This document shows, in pieces, positions 10,544 through 19,541 of a DNA stretch of 62,374 nt. Each line of letters starts with the position of its first letter. Positions within the stretch are counted from its first letter, which is position 1. The notes beneath the pieces are model-generated. The model did not search any database, was not told where the DNA came from, and saw only the letters and a list, made by a program, of their open reading frames with translations. The translations under genes were made by a program, and so were the position numbers. Where the stretch lies: the IMG/VR virus record IMGVR_UViG_3300044724_008437, positions 1 through 62,374 of that record; one strand, 5' to 3'. This DNA comes from a virus. Its lineage: Duplodnaviria > Caudoviricetes.

Positions 10544-11254
10544 TTACCCTTTTATTTCTTCAGTGATACTATCTTTACTTAGCGTAGTATCGACCTTAAC
10601 TAATTTTAATCTTAGTGAATCTAGAGCTAGCTCACCACCTTCCCGTGACCCTCTAGCAGACTCAAGAGTTCTAAGAACTTGAGGTATCCACGACCTAGAC
10701 TCCTTAGCCCTGGAATCATCTATAGCAAAAGGCTTATGTTCCCTAGATCTCCAGTAAGAGTCTTCCAGTAAGCTATCACTAACTATGGCTGGGTCTAAAG
10801 AGTCCTCTATGCTTAGCGACATCTTCCACGCCACATACCTGTCGCCCAGACTATAAGCAGACCTTAGTAGCGCTTTATGATTCTTAGTTAGAGTAGTATC
10901 TTCGGGTAAGCTGTCTATAAAGTCTTTTAAAACAAGCCTATTCGGAAACACGGACACATCAAAGAATATCTTACCAAAGGCTATTACTGACTCTTCGGTA
11001 CCCTTAATATAGCGGGCAACTGCGGGGGCATCTGCTCCTGCTAGTAAAAGACTACTAAGTATAGACCTAGACTGTGGTAAGTAGTACATTAGATAAGCTT
11101 GAGCGATGTCATCGCTATCTGACTTTCCATGTATATAGCTGTGTATAGCCTGAACATATACATCTTCAGAACTGTCTTCTGGAGCTAGACTTAAGGCTAT
11201 CTCTAACCGCCAAGCCGGAGATTTTAAAGATCTAGGTTTAGGTAAGATAGCCAC
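10544..11254 (-). CDS. Hypothetical protein
   Basis: 236-aa ORF with SD. Confidence 0.75.
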   Translation of the reverse strand: MAILPKPRSLKSPAWRLEIALSLAPEDSSEDVYVQAIHSYIHGKSDSDDIAQAYLMYYLPQSRSILSSLLLAGADAPAVARYIKGTEESVIAFGKIFFDVSVFPNRLVLKDFIDSLPEDTTLTKNHKALLRSAYSLGDRYVAWKMSLSIEDSLDPAIVSDSLLEDSYWRSREHKPFAIDDSRAKESRSWIPQVLRTLESARGSREGGELALDSLRLKLVKVDTTLSKDSITEEIKG

Positions 11255-11266
11255 GTCCTTAACTCC

Positions 11267-13405
11267 TTAGACCACCATTCCCTCGGGGAGGGCGTTCATA
11301 CGCTTCTGAGAGTGGACGGATAGGACGATGTCACCTAGTCCGCCTAAAACCTTACGTAGGTTTTGCTCTAGAATACCATATTCTTCAGGACCTAGCTGCT
11401 CAATAAGCTGCTGCTCTCTAAGCTGTATAGACACAAGTATTCGCGCAACACTATCTATAGCTTTCTCTACAGTGGGTAGCTCACTAGCTACTGCCTCGTT
11501 AAAGGGGTTAGTAGCTATAAGCTGAGCTGTAGCTGCAGAGTCAAATAGCCCTTGATCGCCAAGGCCTGCGGCTGCTTCCATAATCTGGGGGCCTTCTTGA
11601 GGCATAGCCCCAGGAGGCATAGCGCCGGGAGGCATAGCCCCAGGAGGCATAGCCTCAGGAGGCATAGCCCCAGGAGGCATAGCCCCAGGAGGCATAGCCT
11701 CAGGAGGCATAGCCCCAGGAGGCATAGCCCCAGGAGGCATAGCCTCAGGAGGCATTGCACCGGGAGGGGGTGCCATCTGAGGTTCAGGCCCAAATATGCT
11801 AGCCAACTTAGGCATGTTTAAGGGGCTAACAAGCGCATAGGACCTAGTGCCTGTTATATCCAGGCTATCTAGGTCTTTGCGAATAACATCCACGTTTACG
11901 TTTAGGCTGCCTATTTTCTGCAGTAGGTCTACTTTACTATCAGCACTTAGGCCATTATAGGTCCAGTAGTCGCCAGCACGGTTATAGGCCACCTTGAGAC
12001 TACCATCGGATACATCATCCAGCTTTTGGGTAATAACCTTACTTAGCTGCTCGGTATCCGCTAGTAGACTTCCTAACTTATCTACCTTAGCTACTTTTAA
12101 CCCAATGTAATGGCTGGGTATGTAGAGTGTTCCGTCTACTCGCTTAGGTATAGCAACTCCCTTAGACCCGGTTATAATAACGGGCATACCTCCGGCCATA
12201 GCAGTATAGCCATCAAGGTTACGGGTAACCTTAGTTAAAGCGTCTTCCAAGATAACGGCGTTAGTAACCCCATCACCCTTAACACCTATAAACAGATTGA
12301 AGCCATTACTTACTTCGCCTGTATTGCCGGATATAGCTTTGGCTAGTCTAGACGTAGGGGGTAGAGGCATAGGATCGGGTACGGCCAATAGATCCCCGTG
12401 CACAAGGGCATAGCGCCCAGTAGGTCGTAGAACTAAGAAGCTCTTGGTAAACTTGTTTACCTGCCCTGATTCTAGGGTAGTCTGCGTATGGGGATTGGGT
12501 ATAATAACTACCTTTTCCTTAGCCCCATTAGCAGTAACTACAGTGTAAAGCCCAGGAGATCTGGGCTCAGTTAGCCCAGACTGAGTATCAGGACTTAAAT
12601 TTAAGGGGGACTCCTTAAGAACGGCGATCTTAGCTTGGCTGCGGAGGTCTCGTGTAACAACTCCCGAGTCCCGCATAACGCTATAGGCGGCAAGTTTAGC
12701 AGAGCCGAAAGCTTCTTCAAATTCTACCGGTGTACTATTACTATCTAAAACAAAAAAACCAGCTGTCTCAGCAGAGGCCTGCTTCTCTATAGATGGCTTT
12801 AAAGCCAGCAATAAGTCAGATCCGTGGTACTTCATAGCGGTCTTTAGAAGCTTAGTATTGTCGGCTAACATCTTAGAAAAAGCTAGCTTAGTATTGTTAT
12901 CACAGCTATCTATGGTGCTAAGTAACTTGGTGTTGTCGTGACTAGCATACACAAACCTACCCGTACTAGGTGGTAAAGTTATAGCCCGAACATCCATATC
13001 AGAACTAAGAGTCTTAGGCGCCTTAGCTGACTTACCCAGGTAACTAGAATCAGGATTAGCCAACTCTTCCATCCACTCTTCTGTAAGGGGTAAGTAGGTC
13101 TTACTTTCCTGAGAATAGATAAGCTCAGGGGGCTTAACCTTACCATCAGACATAACTACGGGTACCATAGCCCTATGCTGCCCTGTCTGAACTGAAAAGG
13201 CACCTACAGCTTTATTATTCTCTAAGTCTACTTCTAGTACCTTAAAGTCTTGTACAGCAGGAACTAGTGTAGGAGCCTTACCTTCTAGCATGGCGTACGC
13301 TAAGTCGCTAAAAAGTTGCTTTAGCTGTGCTTCTTCTGGCGAACCAACGCCTTGTTGCTCAACGCTATTCATAGTCTTAGGAGACAATGCGGCTAATTTA
13401 ATCAT
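11267..13405 (-). CDS. Large hypothetical head-module protein with a (PPGAM/PPEAM)n linker
   Basis: 712 aa; KxA motifs; Pro-rich pentapeptide repeat. Confidence 0.8.
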   Translation of the reverse strand: MIKLAALSPKTMNSVEQQGVGSPEEAQLKQLFSDLAYAMLEGKAPTLVPAVQDFKVLEVDLENNKAVGAFSVQTGQHRAMVPVVMSDGKVKPPELIYSQESKTYLPLTEEWMEELANPDSSYLGKSAKAPKTLSSDMDVRAITLPPSTGRFVYASHDNTKLLSTIDSCDNNTKLAFSKMLADNTKLLKTAMKYHGSDLLLALKPSIEKQASAETAGFFVLDSNSTPVEFEEAFGSAKLAAYSVMRDSGVVTRDLRSQAKIAVLKESPLNLSPDTQSGLTEPRSPGLYTVVTANGAKEKVVIIPNPHTQTTLESGQVNKFTKSFLVLRPTGRYALVHGDLLAVPDPMPLPPTSRLAKAISGNTGEVSNGFNLFIGVKGDGVTNAVILEDALTKVTRNLDGYTAMAGGMPVIITGSKGVAIPKRVDGTLYIPSHYIGLKVAKVDKLGSLLADTEQLSKVITQKLDDVSDGSLKVAYNRAGDYWTYNGLSADSKVDLLQKIGSLNVNVDVIRKDLDSLDITGTRSYALVSPLNMPKLASIFGPEPQMAPPPGAMPPEAMPPGAMPPGAMPPEAMPPGAMPPGAMPPEAMPPGAMPPGAMPPGAMPQEGPQIMEAAAGLGDQGLFDSAATAQLIATNPFNEAVASELPTVEKAIDSVARILVSIQLREQQLIEQLGPEEYGILEQNLRKVLGGLGDIVLSVHSQKRMNALPEGMVV
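11601..11765. repeat. 15-bp tandem repeat (GGCATAGCCCCAGGA-type) encoding PPGAM/PPEAM
   Basis: About 11 near-identical copies visible. Confidence 0.95.
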
Positions 13406-14007
13406 GATTTACTACCCTCAATAAGTTTCTTAGCTAAAATATAGGTCGAAGGGGCTGTTAAGTCATTAAACGAGTGACTTACTATACCAGGAACCATATT
13501 AGCCGCAGTTCTAAGTTTAGTTGGGCTATGATAAACGGCTCGACCCGAGGCCTTTAACTCTTCAATTAAGTTTGGAGCTGCTACAGCACCTGACACAAGG
13601 GTAGCCTTGTTTAGTATGTCTTGCTTCTGGTCTAGCGTTAGCCTAGGATTAAGGGCTACAAAGCTAGCTATAGGCAAGGAGGCCGTGTTGCTAATCCTGC
13701 TTAAGCCCTTAGCTCCCCGTAGTAGCCCTTTATACAGCTCACTAGCGTCTGCTAAGGAAGCCGCATGCCCCATCTCATGGGCTAAAACATCGGTGGATTT
13801 GTGCCCAATTCCTAGGCGGTTATTCTTAAAGTCATAAAATGATACGTTAGGTGCAGACTTACCTACATAGGTATTTTTTATGTGGGGGTTTGCACCCGAC
13901 ATAGAGCTAACAAGAGTTTGTATCTTGCTAACTTGGTCTTCGTCTAAACCAAGAGCAAGTCTTAGACGACTGGCTCCGTCTAAGGTTGCTAGATCTTGTA
14001 TACGCAT
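13402..14007 (-). CDS. Putative zincin metallopeptidase
   Basis: VLAHEMGHA (HExxH) plus a downstream EELKAS third-ligand-like motif. Confidence 0.6.
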   Translation of the reverse strand: MRIQDLATLDGASRLRLALGLDEDQVSKIQTLVSSMSGANPHIKNTYVGKSAPNVSFYDFKNNRLGIGHKSTDVLAHEMGHAASLADASELYKGLLRGAKGLSRISNTASLPIASFVALNPRLTLDQKQDILNKATLVSGAVAAPNLIEELKASGRAVYHSPTKLRTAANMVPGIVSHSFNDLTAPSTYILAKKLIEGSKS

Positions 14008-14066
14008 GCTCGCTACCCCATGAGTTATCTACCATTAATCATAGGGCTAACGAGCAGCTAAGTCCA

Positions 14067-14447
14067 CTACATACCCGGAGGAAGAGGTGCCCCGGCTCCT
14101 GGTGGAGGTGGTGCCCCGGCTCCTGGTGGAGGCGGAGGAAGAGGTGCCCCGGCTCCTGGTGGAGGCGGAGGAAGAGGTGCCCCGGCTCCTGGTGGAGGTG
14201 GCGGCATACCCCCACCCTGAGAAGCTTGATATTGCTCAAAGAGAATACTAAGGACCTCTAAAATCTTCATCATAGACTCTAGGTCCTGAGGGCCTATGGA
14301 CTGGCCGACCATCTGAGCTTCTTGCGGACTTGCTTGGGCAGCAATCTCAGCGCCCTGAGCCACCTTCTCAAAAGGTATCTCAGGTAACAGCCCACTGTCT
14401 GTAAATGCGCGAGTCATACCCATTATGTAGGCTGTCTTTAGCTGCAT
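14067..14447 (-). CDS. Hypothetical virion protein with a PPPPGAGAPL repeat tail
   Basis: ORF track; N-terminal KTAYxxG motif. Confidence 0.75.
   Translation of the reverse strand: MQLKTAYIMGMTRAFTDSGLLPEIPFEKVAQGAEIAAQASPQEAQMVGQSIGPQDLESMMKILEVLSILFEQYQASQGGGMPPPPPGAGAPLPPPPPGAGAPLPPPPPGAGAPPPPGAGAPLPPGM
14074..14205. repeat. ~33-bp tandem repeat encoding P(n)GAGAPL
   Basis: GGTGCCCCGGCTCCTGGTGGAGG four times. Confidence 0.9.
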
Positions 14448-14449
14448 GA

Positions 14450-15577
14450 TTAGTACCCCAGGCCCAGCTGACGAAGAATGTGAGAAGCCTCTTTCTCCTG
14501 CTTTTCCTCGCTCTTCTTCTTCTCAATAATCTCTTTCTTAAGCGCGGGGGGAAGCTTCTTCTCGTCCTCGCTTAGCATATCCTCGTCCTTAGATCCCTCG
14601 TCCTTAGACTCCTCCTCGTCCATAGCCCACTTAATACGCTGGATATACTGAGCACGCTCAGGCTGAGACATGCCAACCATGGTGCGAAGGGCCGCTAGCT
14701 TATCACGCTGGTGTAGTCCGCTAGGTAAGAAGGGGCCCACCTCCTCAGCAGTCTTTGCTAGTAGGAAGTTAAATGCAGACTGCTTCTTTAGATCCATATC
14801 GCTAGCCTGGTTGTTATCCTTAAGCGCCTTCATATCGCCCGTAAAAGGAGCAGCATTAGAGTCACCGTGAGCTAGCCCCTGGTCTACATTAGCGTAGGCC
14901 GGGTTCTTACGAGGATCCTCCTCGTGCTGATAGTCACTGCTAGACCCGTTCATGCCTGAGCCGCCTAGTGCATTAGCTGCGCCGCCTGAGGCGGCATCTT
15001 CACTAAGCTTACGTAAAATTGCAGCGGCTGTCTTAGCGTCTAGGTTAGCACCCTCAACTAAGGGCTTCTGCGCTCCCGTAAATGGGTTGGCGTTCTTCTT
15101 AGGGTCTGCAAGACCCTGTGAGCCCCCTAGGTGAGCATAGCCAGCATCAGCGCGGGCCCCGGCCTCGCCCTGGAAGTCTGGTACATTACTAGGCAGGCTA
15201 TTAGCTACGCCGGTAATCTGAGCCTCAGCGGCAGACTTTAGGTAGGCAACCACCTCTCTGGCGTCCTCCTCAGACATCTCATCTCCCTCGGCCCCCTCTA
15301 GAATCTCAGAAAGCTCGGATTGGCCATCTTCTGCTGCCTCTAAGACCTCCTTAACCTCCTCTGCACTGAGATCGTCCTCAGCGTTAGAGGCCATGGCTGC
15401 CATAGCTTGGGCAAGCTCCTCATCGCTAACGTCCTCTGCTGAGTCATCTGTGATAGCCATAGCAGCTAGCTTTACAGCTAGATCTGCCTTAAACTCTGAA
15501 GGGTAAGGCTGAATAGCGCCGGCCGAAACAAGTGCATTCTGAGCACCGCGAACATAGGCAAACTTAAGTAGTGACAT
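14450..15577 (-). CDS. Acidic hypothetical head/core protein (KxA motifs, internal duplicated NA.PFTG segment)
   Basis: ORF track gives start 15601; the GGAG SD favours the ATG at 15577 (MSLLKFAY). Confidence 0.75.
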   Translation of the reverse strand: MSLLKFAYVRGAQNALVSAGAIQPYPSEFKADLAVKLAAMAITDDSAEDVSDEELAQAMAAMASNAEDDLSAEEVKEVLEAAEDGQSELSEILEGAEGDEMSEEDAREVVAYLKSAAEAQITGVANSLPSNVPDFQGEAGARADAGYAHLGGSQGLADPKKNANPFTGAQKPLVEGANLDAKTAAAILRKLSEDAASGGAANALGGSGMNGSSSDYQHEEDPRKNPAYANVDQGLAHGDSNAAPFTGDMKALKDNNQASDMDLKKQSAFNFLLAKTAEEVGPFLPSGLHQRDKLAALRTMVGMSQPERAQYIQRIKWAMDEEESKDEGSKDEDMLSEDEKKLPPALKKEIIEKKKSEEKQEKEASHILRQLGLGY

Positions 15578-15622
15578 ATTTCTACTCCATTTAGTCGACA
15601 TATTTATGTTGTTTAAAGTATA

Positions 15623-16336
15623 CTACTGAGGTACAGCAGCGTCCAGTATATAGTCAGAGGCCCGTGGAAGTCTAGTGCTGTCTGAAGTGCTAGGTAGACT
15701 CATTACTGGTTTATCGGGGTCTAGCATAGAGCCAAGGCCCTTACCAATAGACTCTCCCAACATACTGGTTCCCATTCCTCCCACCAATCCTAGGGGACCT
15801 CCCACGGCAAACCCGGCCCCCCCAGCTAGTGCGCCAAGTATCCCCGACATGCCTCCGTGCTCATCGTAGTCAGGTGTTGAGGCCGCCGTAGCGATATCCA
15901 TAGCGGGAAAGCCTAGCAGGAGCAGCGGGTTAACACCCTCGCCCACGCCCTTAGTAGCTAGCATCTGAGTAGCTTTGCCCTTAGTAACAAGCTCACCCGT
16001 GTACGGATTGATAACTCGGGCACCCTTAGGGGCTTCCTTAAAGTTTTTTATAAGTTGCTTATATCTTGGATCTACCGCAAACTCACCCAGTATCAAGCCG
16101 CCGGGCCCAACAACCCCGCCCTGCATATACCTAGCTTTTAGAGCATCCATAGTACCCTTTTTACCTATTAACAGGTCACCTAATAGCCTACGATTGCCTA
16201 AGGCTTCGTGGTTTATACGGCCAGTGCCGGATACAAGTTCCCTAGTAGCTTTTTGTATCTCAGGGGACAGCTTTTGAGTGCCCACTAGGGCTCTCTCTAC
16301 TACACTACCTAAGTTTTTTAGCCTAGTTACATTCAT
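15623..16336 (-). CDS. Hypothetical Gly-zipper membrane/ejection-like protein
   Basis: GILGALAGGAGFAVGGPLGLVGG. Confidence 0.7.
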   Translation of the reverse strand: MNVTRLKNLGSVVERALVGTQKLSPEIQKATRELVSGTGRINHEALGNRRLLGDLLIGKKGTMDALKARYMQGGVVGPGGLILGEFAVDPRYKQLIKNFKEAPKGARVINPYTGELVTKGKATQMLATKGVGEGVNPLLLLGFPAMDIATAASTPDYDEHGGMSGILGALAGGAGFAVGGPLGLVGGMGTSMLGESIGKGLGSMLDPDKPVMSLPSTSDSTRLPRASDYILDAAVPQ

Positions 16337-16337
16337 G

Positions 16338-18113
16338 TTAGTACCTACCTGTAGAGTCTCGCCTCAACTCACTTCCTACAGCTAGCGCGGGTATAGGATT
16401 GTGTGAGTGAAGATCTGCTTTTTCACCAAATGTAGCTGCGTTAATAAGTGTAGCCTTCTGATAGCGATAACCCAGTCGCTGCATCCAGTTAGGGTTTAGT
16501 AAGGGTGTTCTTGTAGCAGCAGCCATGATTGGCTCTAGTCGCATGTTAGAGCTAATAGCCTTTACCCTAGAAATACCTTGCTTACCGAGATCCTCAGCTA
16601 CCCGCTGTGTTATCTTTGTTCCCGGTAAATGTGTACCCTGGGCTACTGTCAATACCTTACCGATACTGTCCCGAACCGAGAGCTCACTGCCTTTACCCTC
16701 AAACGTTTTACGTAACGAGTTTATAGAAACGACATCACCTGGTACATAGCCCGGAACACCACCTCCGACTTTAACATAGTTAAGCTGGCTTCTAGCTAAA
16801 AGCTCAAAGTGCCTGGGGTCCATTTCTTTTCCGCTCTCGGTGTATACATCCCTCAGAGATTTAACCAAGTACTCTCTACCAGCGCCTAGGCCCTTGTGCC
16901 TAACAACATCATCGGGGGCAACTATACCCGAGCCAAGTATATCCCCCGCCTCTACCGCCTGCCCCTTCCTTATCTTTAAGTCTCTGCCGGGCGGTACGTA
17001 ATGCTGCTTTTCCCCAACTTGTACATCATAGCCTCCCTGAGGGGCCTTAGTTATAGCGGTAACCTTTCCCGTAACTTCAGAAATAGGAGCACGTTGAAAG
17101 AAGTTTTTTGGGACCTCTACGAATTGCTTAAATGCTGCTAAGCCTCTTGGTCTATTGTTATCCCCCTCCACTAGGGATACCCCATGCTTGGCACTAAGTG
17201 CCATCTGAGTAAGAGGCTCACTAAGAGACTGAGCAGAGCGTATACCTACATTAGAACCTATAGAGAAATTCTTACCCTTGTTGCCTACACCCATACATTT
17301 TTGACAAACCCCGCTGCCTAGGTCACATGTCATAGGAGATCTAACCCTCACTTGTGCTCCTTTGCGGGCCAGGCTAGCTGCTTGTCTACCATCTATAAGA
17401 CTGCCCGAAGTAGCGTACCTACCTTCTATAGACGGATCTGAAGCATCTAGCACTATTCCGTTAGTAGTTTTACAGTCATTCGAGGCTATTACTTGCTCAC
17501 TCATCACAGAGGCTAAGACTTTTTGCATTTCCCCCGGCTCTGCGGTACCAAGCTGACCCTTTATAACCTGTGACCTACTCTCGTCTCCCGCAATCCAGGC
17601 CTCCGCGGGAGACAAACCTTCTGAGTAACCGCGCTCTATAAGGTAGGGTACCGGAGCACCATCATAGTCACCTACTATGCCCGGGCTGGTAACCATCTTC
17701 ATAAGCTGATTCATATTACCGCGACTACCAGACCTCGCCATCAGGCCCATGTCACCTGGGTGCTTAGCTGTCAGGTCACGAAGCTTAGCCTGGGTATCAA
17801 GCAGTACAGACATTTTCTTTTTATGATTAGAGCCGACCATTCTAAGTTGTCGTTTAGCGTTATTTATTATAGGGTCGCGCTTGCTATACTCGGGCTCAAT
17901 GTCGTCTAGTCCTACGGATATACCCTCAAAAGTAGAAAACTCGTCACCGAGTTTCTTTATCTTAGGTATAACTAGCTTATACATGTCGGGGCTGGCCTTA
18001 GCCATGCCAATCATGGCCCTCTTTAGGGCCTTAGTATCCATGTTACCTTGCAGCTTATAGTCCTGAGGCAAGTGATGGTTTACTAGAACATCAGCTAGTC
18101 TTCCCTTTATCAT
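16338..18113 (-). CDS. rpoC: Multisubunit RNA polymerase beta' C-terminal half
   Basis: MARSGSRGN; bridge-helix-like EGLSPAE...GTAEPG; VRSPMTC..GVCQKCMG Zn site; trigger loop AQSLSEPLTQMALSAKH. Confidence 0.92.
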   Translation of the reverse strand: MIKGRLADVLVNHHLPQDYKLQGNMDTKALKRAMIGMAKASPDMYKLVIPKIKKLGDEFSTFEGISVGLDDIEPEYSKRDPIINNAKRQLRMVGSNHKKKMSVLLDTQAKLRDLTAKHPGDMGLMARSGSRGNMNQLMKMVTSPGIVGDYDGAPVPYLIERGYSEGLSPAEAWIAGDESRSQVIKGQLGTAEPGEMQKVLASVMSEQVIASNDCKTTNGIVLDASDPSIEGRYATSGSLIDGRQAASLARKGAQVRVRSPMTCDLGSGVCQKCMGVGNKGKNFSIGSNVGIRSAQSLSEPLTQMALSAKHGVSLVEGDNNRPRGLAAFKQFVEVPKNFFQRAPISEVTGKVTAITKAPQGGYDVQVGEKQHYVPPGRDLKIRKGQAVEAGDILGSGIVAPDDVVRHKGLGAGREYLVKSLRDVYTESGKEMDPRHFELLARSQLNYVKVGGGVPGYVPGDVVSINSLRKTFEGKGSELSVRDSIGKVLTVAQGTHLPGTKITQRVAEDLGKQGISRVKAISSNMRLEPIMAAATRTPLLNPNWMQRLGYRYQKATLINAATFGEKADLHSHNPIPALAVGSELRRDSTGRY

Positions 18114-18130
18114 GAGGTACTCATTCTTTC

Positions 18131-18463
18131 TTAGAAGGGTAATTTATAGGGATTATCTTCTTTTAGGGTAGGGTTAGCCAAAGCAGCTGCGCCGGCGCTA
18201 GATAGCAACCCAGCTAAACCTGACAGCATCCTACCTCTACCAGTGCCTCTAAGTAACTTATAAGCGCCAGCACCCGCAAGGCCTGCCAGGGCTCCTTGAG
18301 CAGCTCGACTGCTAGTACTGTTGTGAAGTAACTCGTTGTAGTAATTATGCTCAGAGTCACCTAGGCCATACAGCCCCCCAAGGCCGGCTCCTAGCCCTCC
18401 AGCCAGCAGCAAGCTTTTGGGAGCCGCTAGCTTACTTAAGTTATAATAATCATGGGAGTACAT
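18131..18463 (-). CDS. Small Gly-zipper hydrophobic protein
   Basis: AGGLGAGLGGLYG and GALAGLAGAG; N-terminal KLA. Confidence 0.7.
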   Translation of the reverse strand: MYSHDYYNLSKLAAPKSLLLAGGLGAGLGGLYGLGDSEHNYYNELLHNSTSSRAAQGALAGLAGAGAYKLLRGTGRGRMLSGLAGLLSSAGAAALANPTLKEDNPYKLPF

Positions 18464-19293
18464 TAGTGACCTCCTCTTGCATCAAATACAGAGGCTGGGT
18501 GAGTAGTCATAGCGTTTTCTACCCCATGACTTGCGTACATGCCTAACCCCATACCCCCAGCCATAGTACCTAAGCCCTTAGCAAAGCGGATGCCTTTTAG
18601 TCCTGCCCTAGCTCCTGAGCTACCGGTTCCATAGCCTCCCTTATAGAGGCCGGAGCTAAACTGAGAGTACAGCTTTTTGAGCTCAGTCTGTTGAGCCCCA
18701 GTTAGGGCCCCAGGATCTTCAAACATACCCATTAACTTCTTACGCTGAGCAGCCAAGTCCTTCGTAAGCTCTAAGCCCTCAGTAGCTCCAGTGAATTCAT
18801 CACGTAGAGACTTAAGTTGACCCTTACTAGCAACACCCGCATCTAGCTTTCTCTCTAGGCTACCATGTATCTTTTTATTAAGAGTTTGAGACGCACCCAT
18901 TTGCGATACTGCGTCGTCCGCAAACCCCAGGCGCCTCATTATTGCCTGAGAACCTTTACCTGAAAAACCAGGAGCTAATAGACGTTTACCTATAGCCCCG
19001 CCTAGGGGCATAGCAGCATTGAATACTAAGCCCCCTGCTAAGCCCTTAACGAAGCCCTCTGTTTTATGGCCTTCTTCGGCGCCCATAGCCCCCATCAAGC
19101 CAAAGCCCAGGGGCATACCTACATGGTGAGCGCTGATACCTGCCATGCGACTACCCTTAGCTCCGAGGTTACCCATGCCTAAAAGAAACTTTCCACCCTG
19201 CAGCACGCCGCCTAAGAAAGCAGTTTTTTCAAAATGCTGCCTAGCTAATTCACTACCAAGCTTATAGGCGTGCTCCAGGTCACTGGGTTTCAT
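18463..19293 (-). CDS. Gly-rich hydrophobic virion (ejection-like) protein
   Basis: AYKLG...EKTA N-terminus; several GxxxG segments. Confidence 0.7.
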   Translation of the reverse strand: MKPSDLEHAYKLGSELARQHFEKTAFLGGVLQGGKFLLGMGNLGAKGSRMAGISAHHVGMPLGFGLMGAMGAEEGHKTEGFVKGLAGGLVFNAAMPLGGAIGKRLLAPGFSGKGSQAIMRRLGFADDAVSQMGASQTLNKKIHGSLERKLDAGVASKGQLKSLRDEFTGATEGLELTKDLAAQRKKLMGMFEDPGALTGAQQTELKKLYSQFSSGLYKGGYGTGSSGARAGLKGIRFAKGLGTMAGGMGLGMYASHGVENAMTTHPASVFDARGGH

Positions 19294-19541
19294 ACGTTTA
19301 TACCTGTGTTCTTAGGGGTTTCTAGCTCCATCTTATCCCCCCAAGTAGCCATGCTAGCTCTCTCGGTAGACTCTAGAACGTTACTATCTACCTGCTTTGT
19401 AGACTTATTATCTAGCAACTCATCTAACGCGGCACTTAAATGCTCAGCAGAGTCACTTGAGTCAGTAACCTCTTCTGCAAATTTTCTAAGAGCTAGTTGG
19501 CGGCCTATTTTATAGGCGGAGTATAGATTAGTCATTTTCAA
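19290..19541 (-). CDS. Small hypothetical virion protein (AYKIG...KFA)
   Basis: Overlaps both neighbours; shares the N-terminal motif. Confidence 0.7.
   Translation of the reverse strand: MKMTNLYSAYKIGRQLALRKFAEEVTDSSDSAEHLSAALDELLDNKSTKQVDSNVLESTERASMATWGDKMELETPKNTGINV

Noticed and set aside
11515-14261. Repeat-containing alternative ORFs 11515-11793, 11552-11821, 13986-14261 and 14039-14239
   Set aside because: Off-frame or antisense shadows of the Pro-rich tandem repeats
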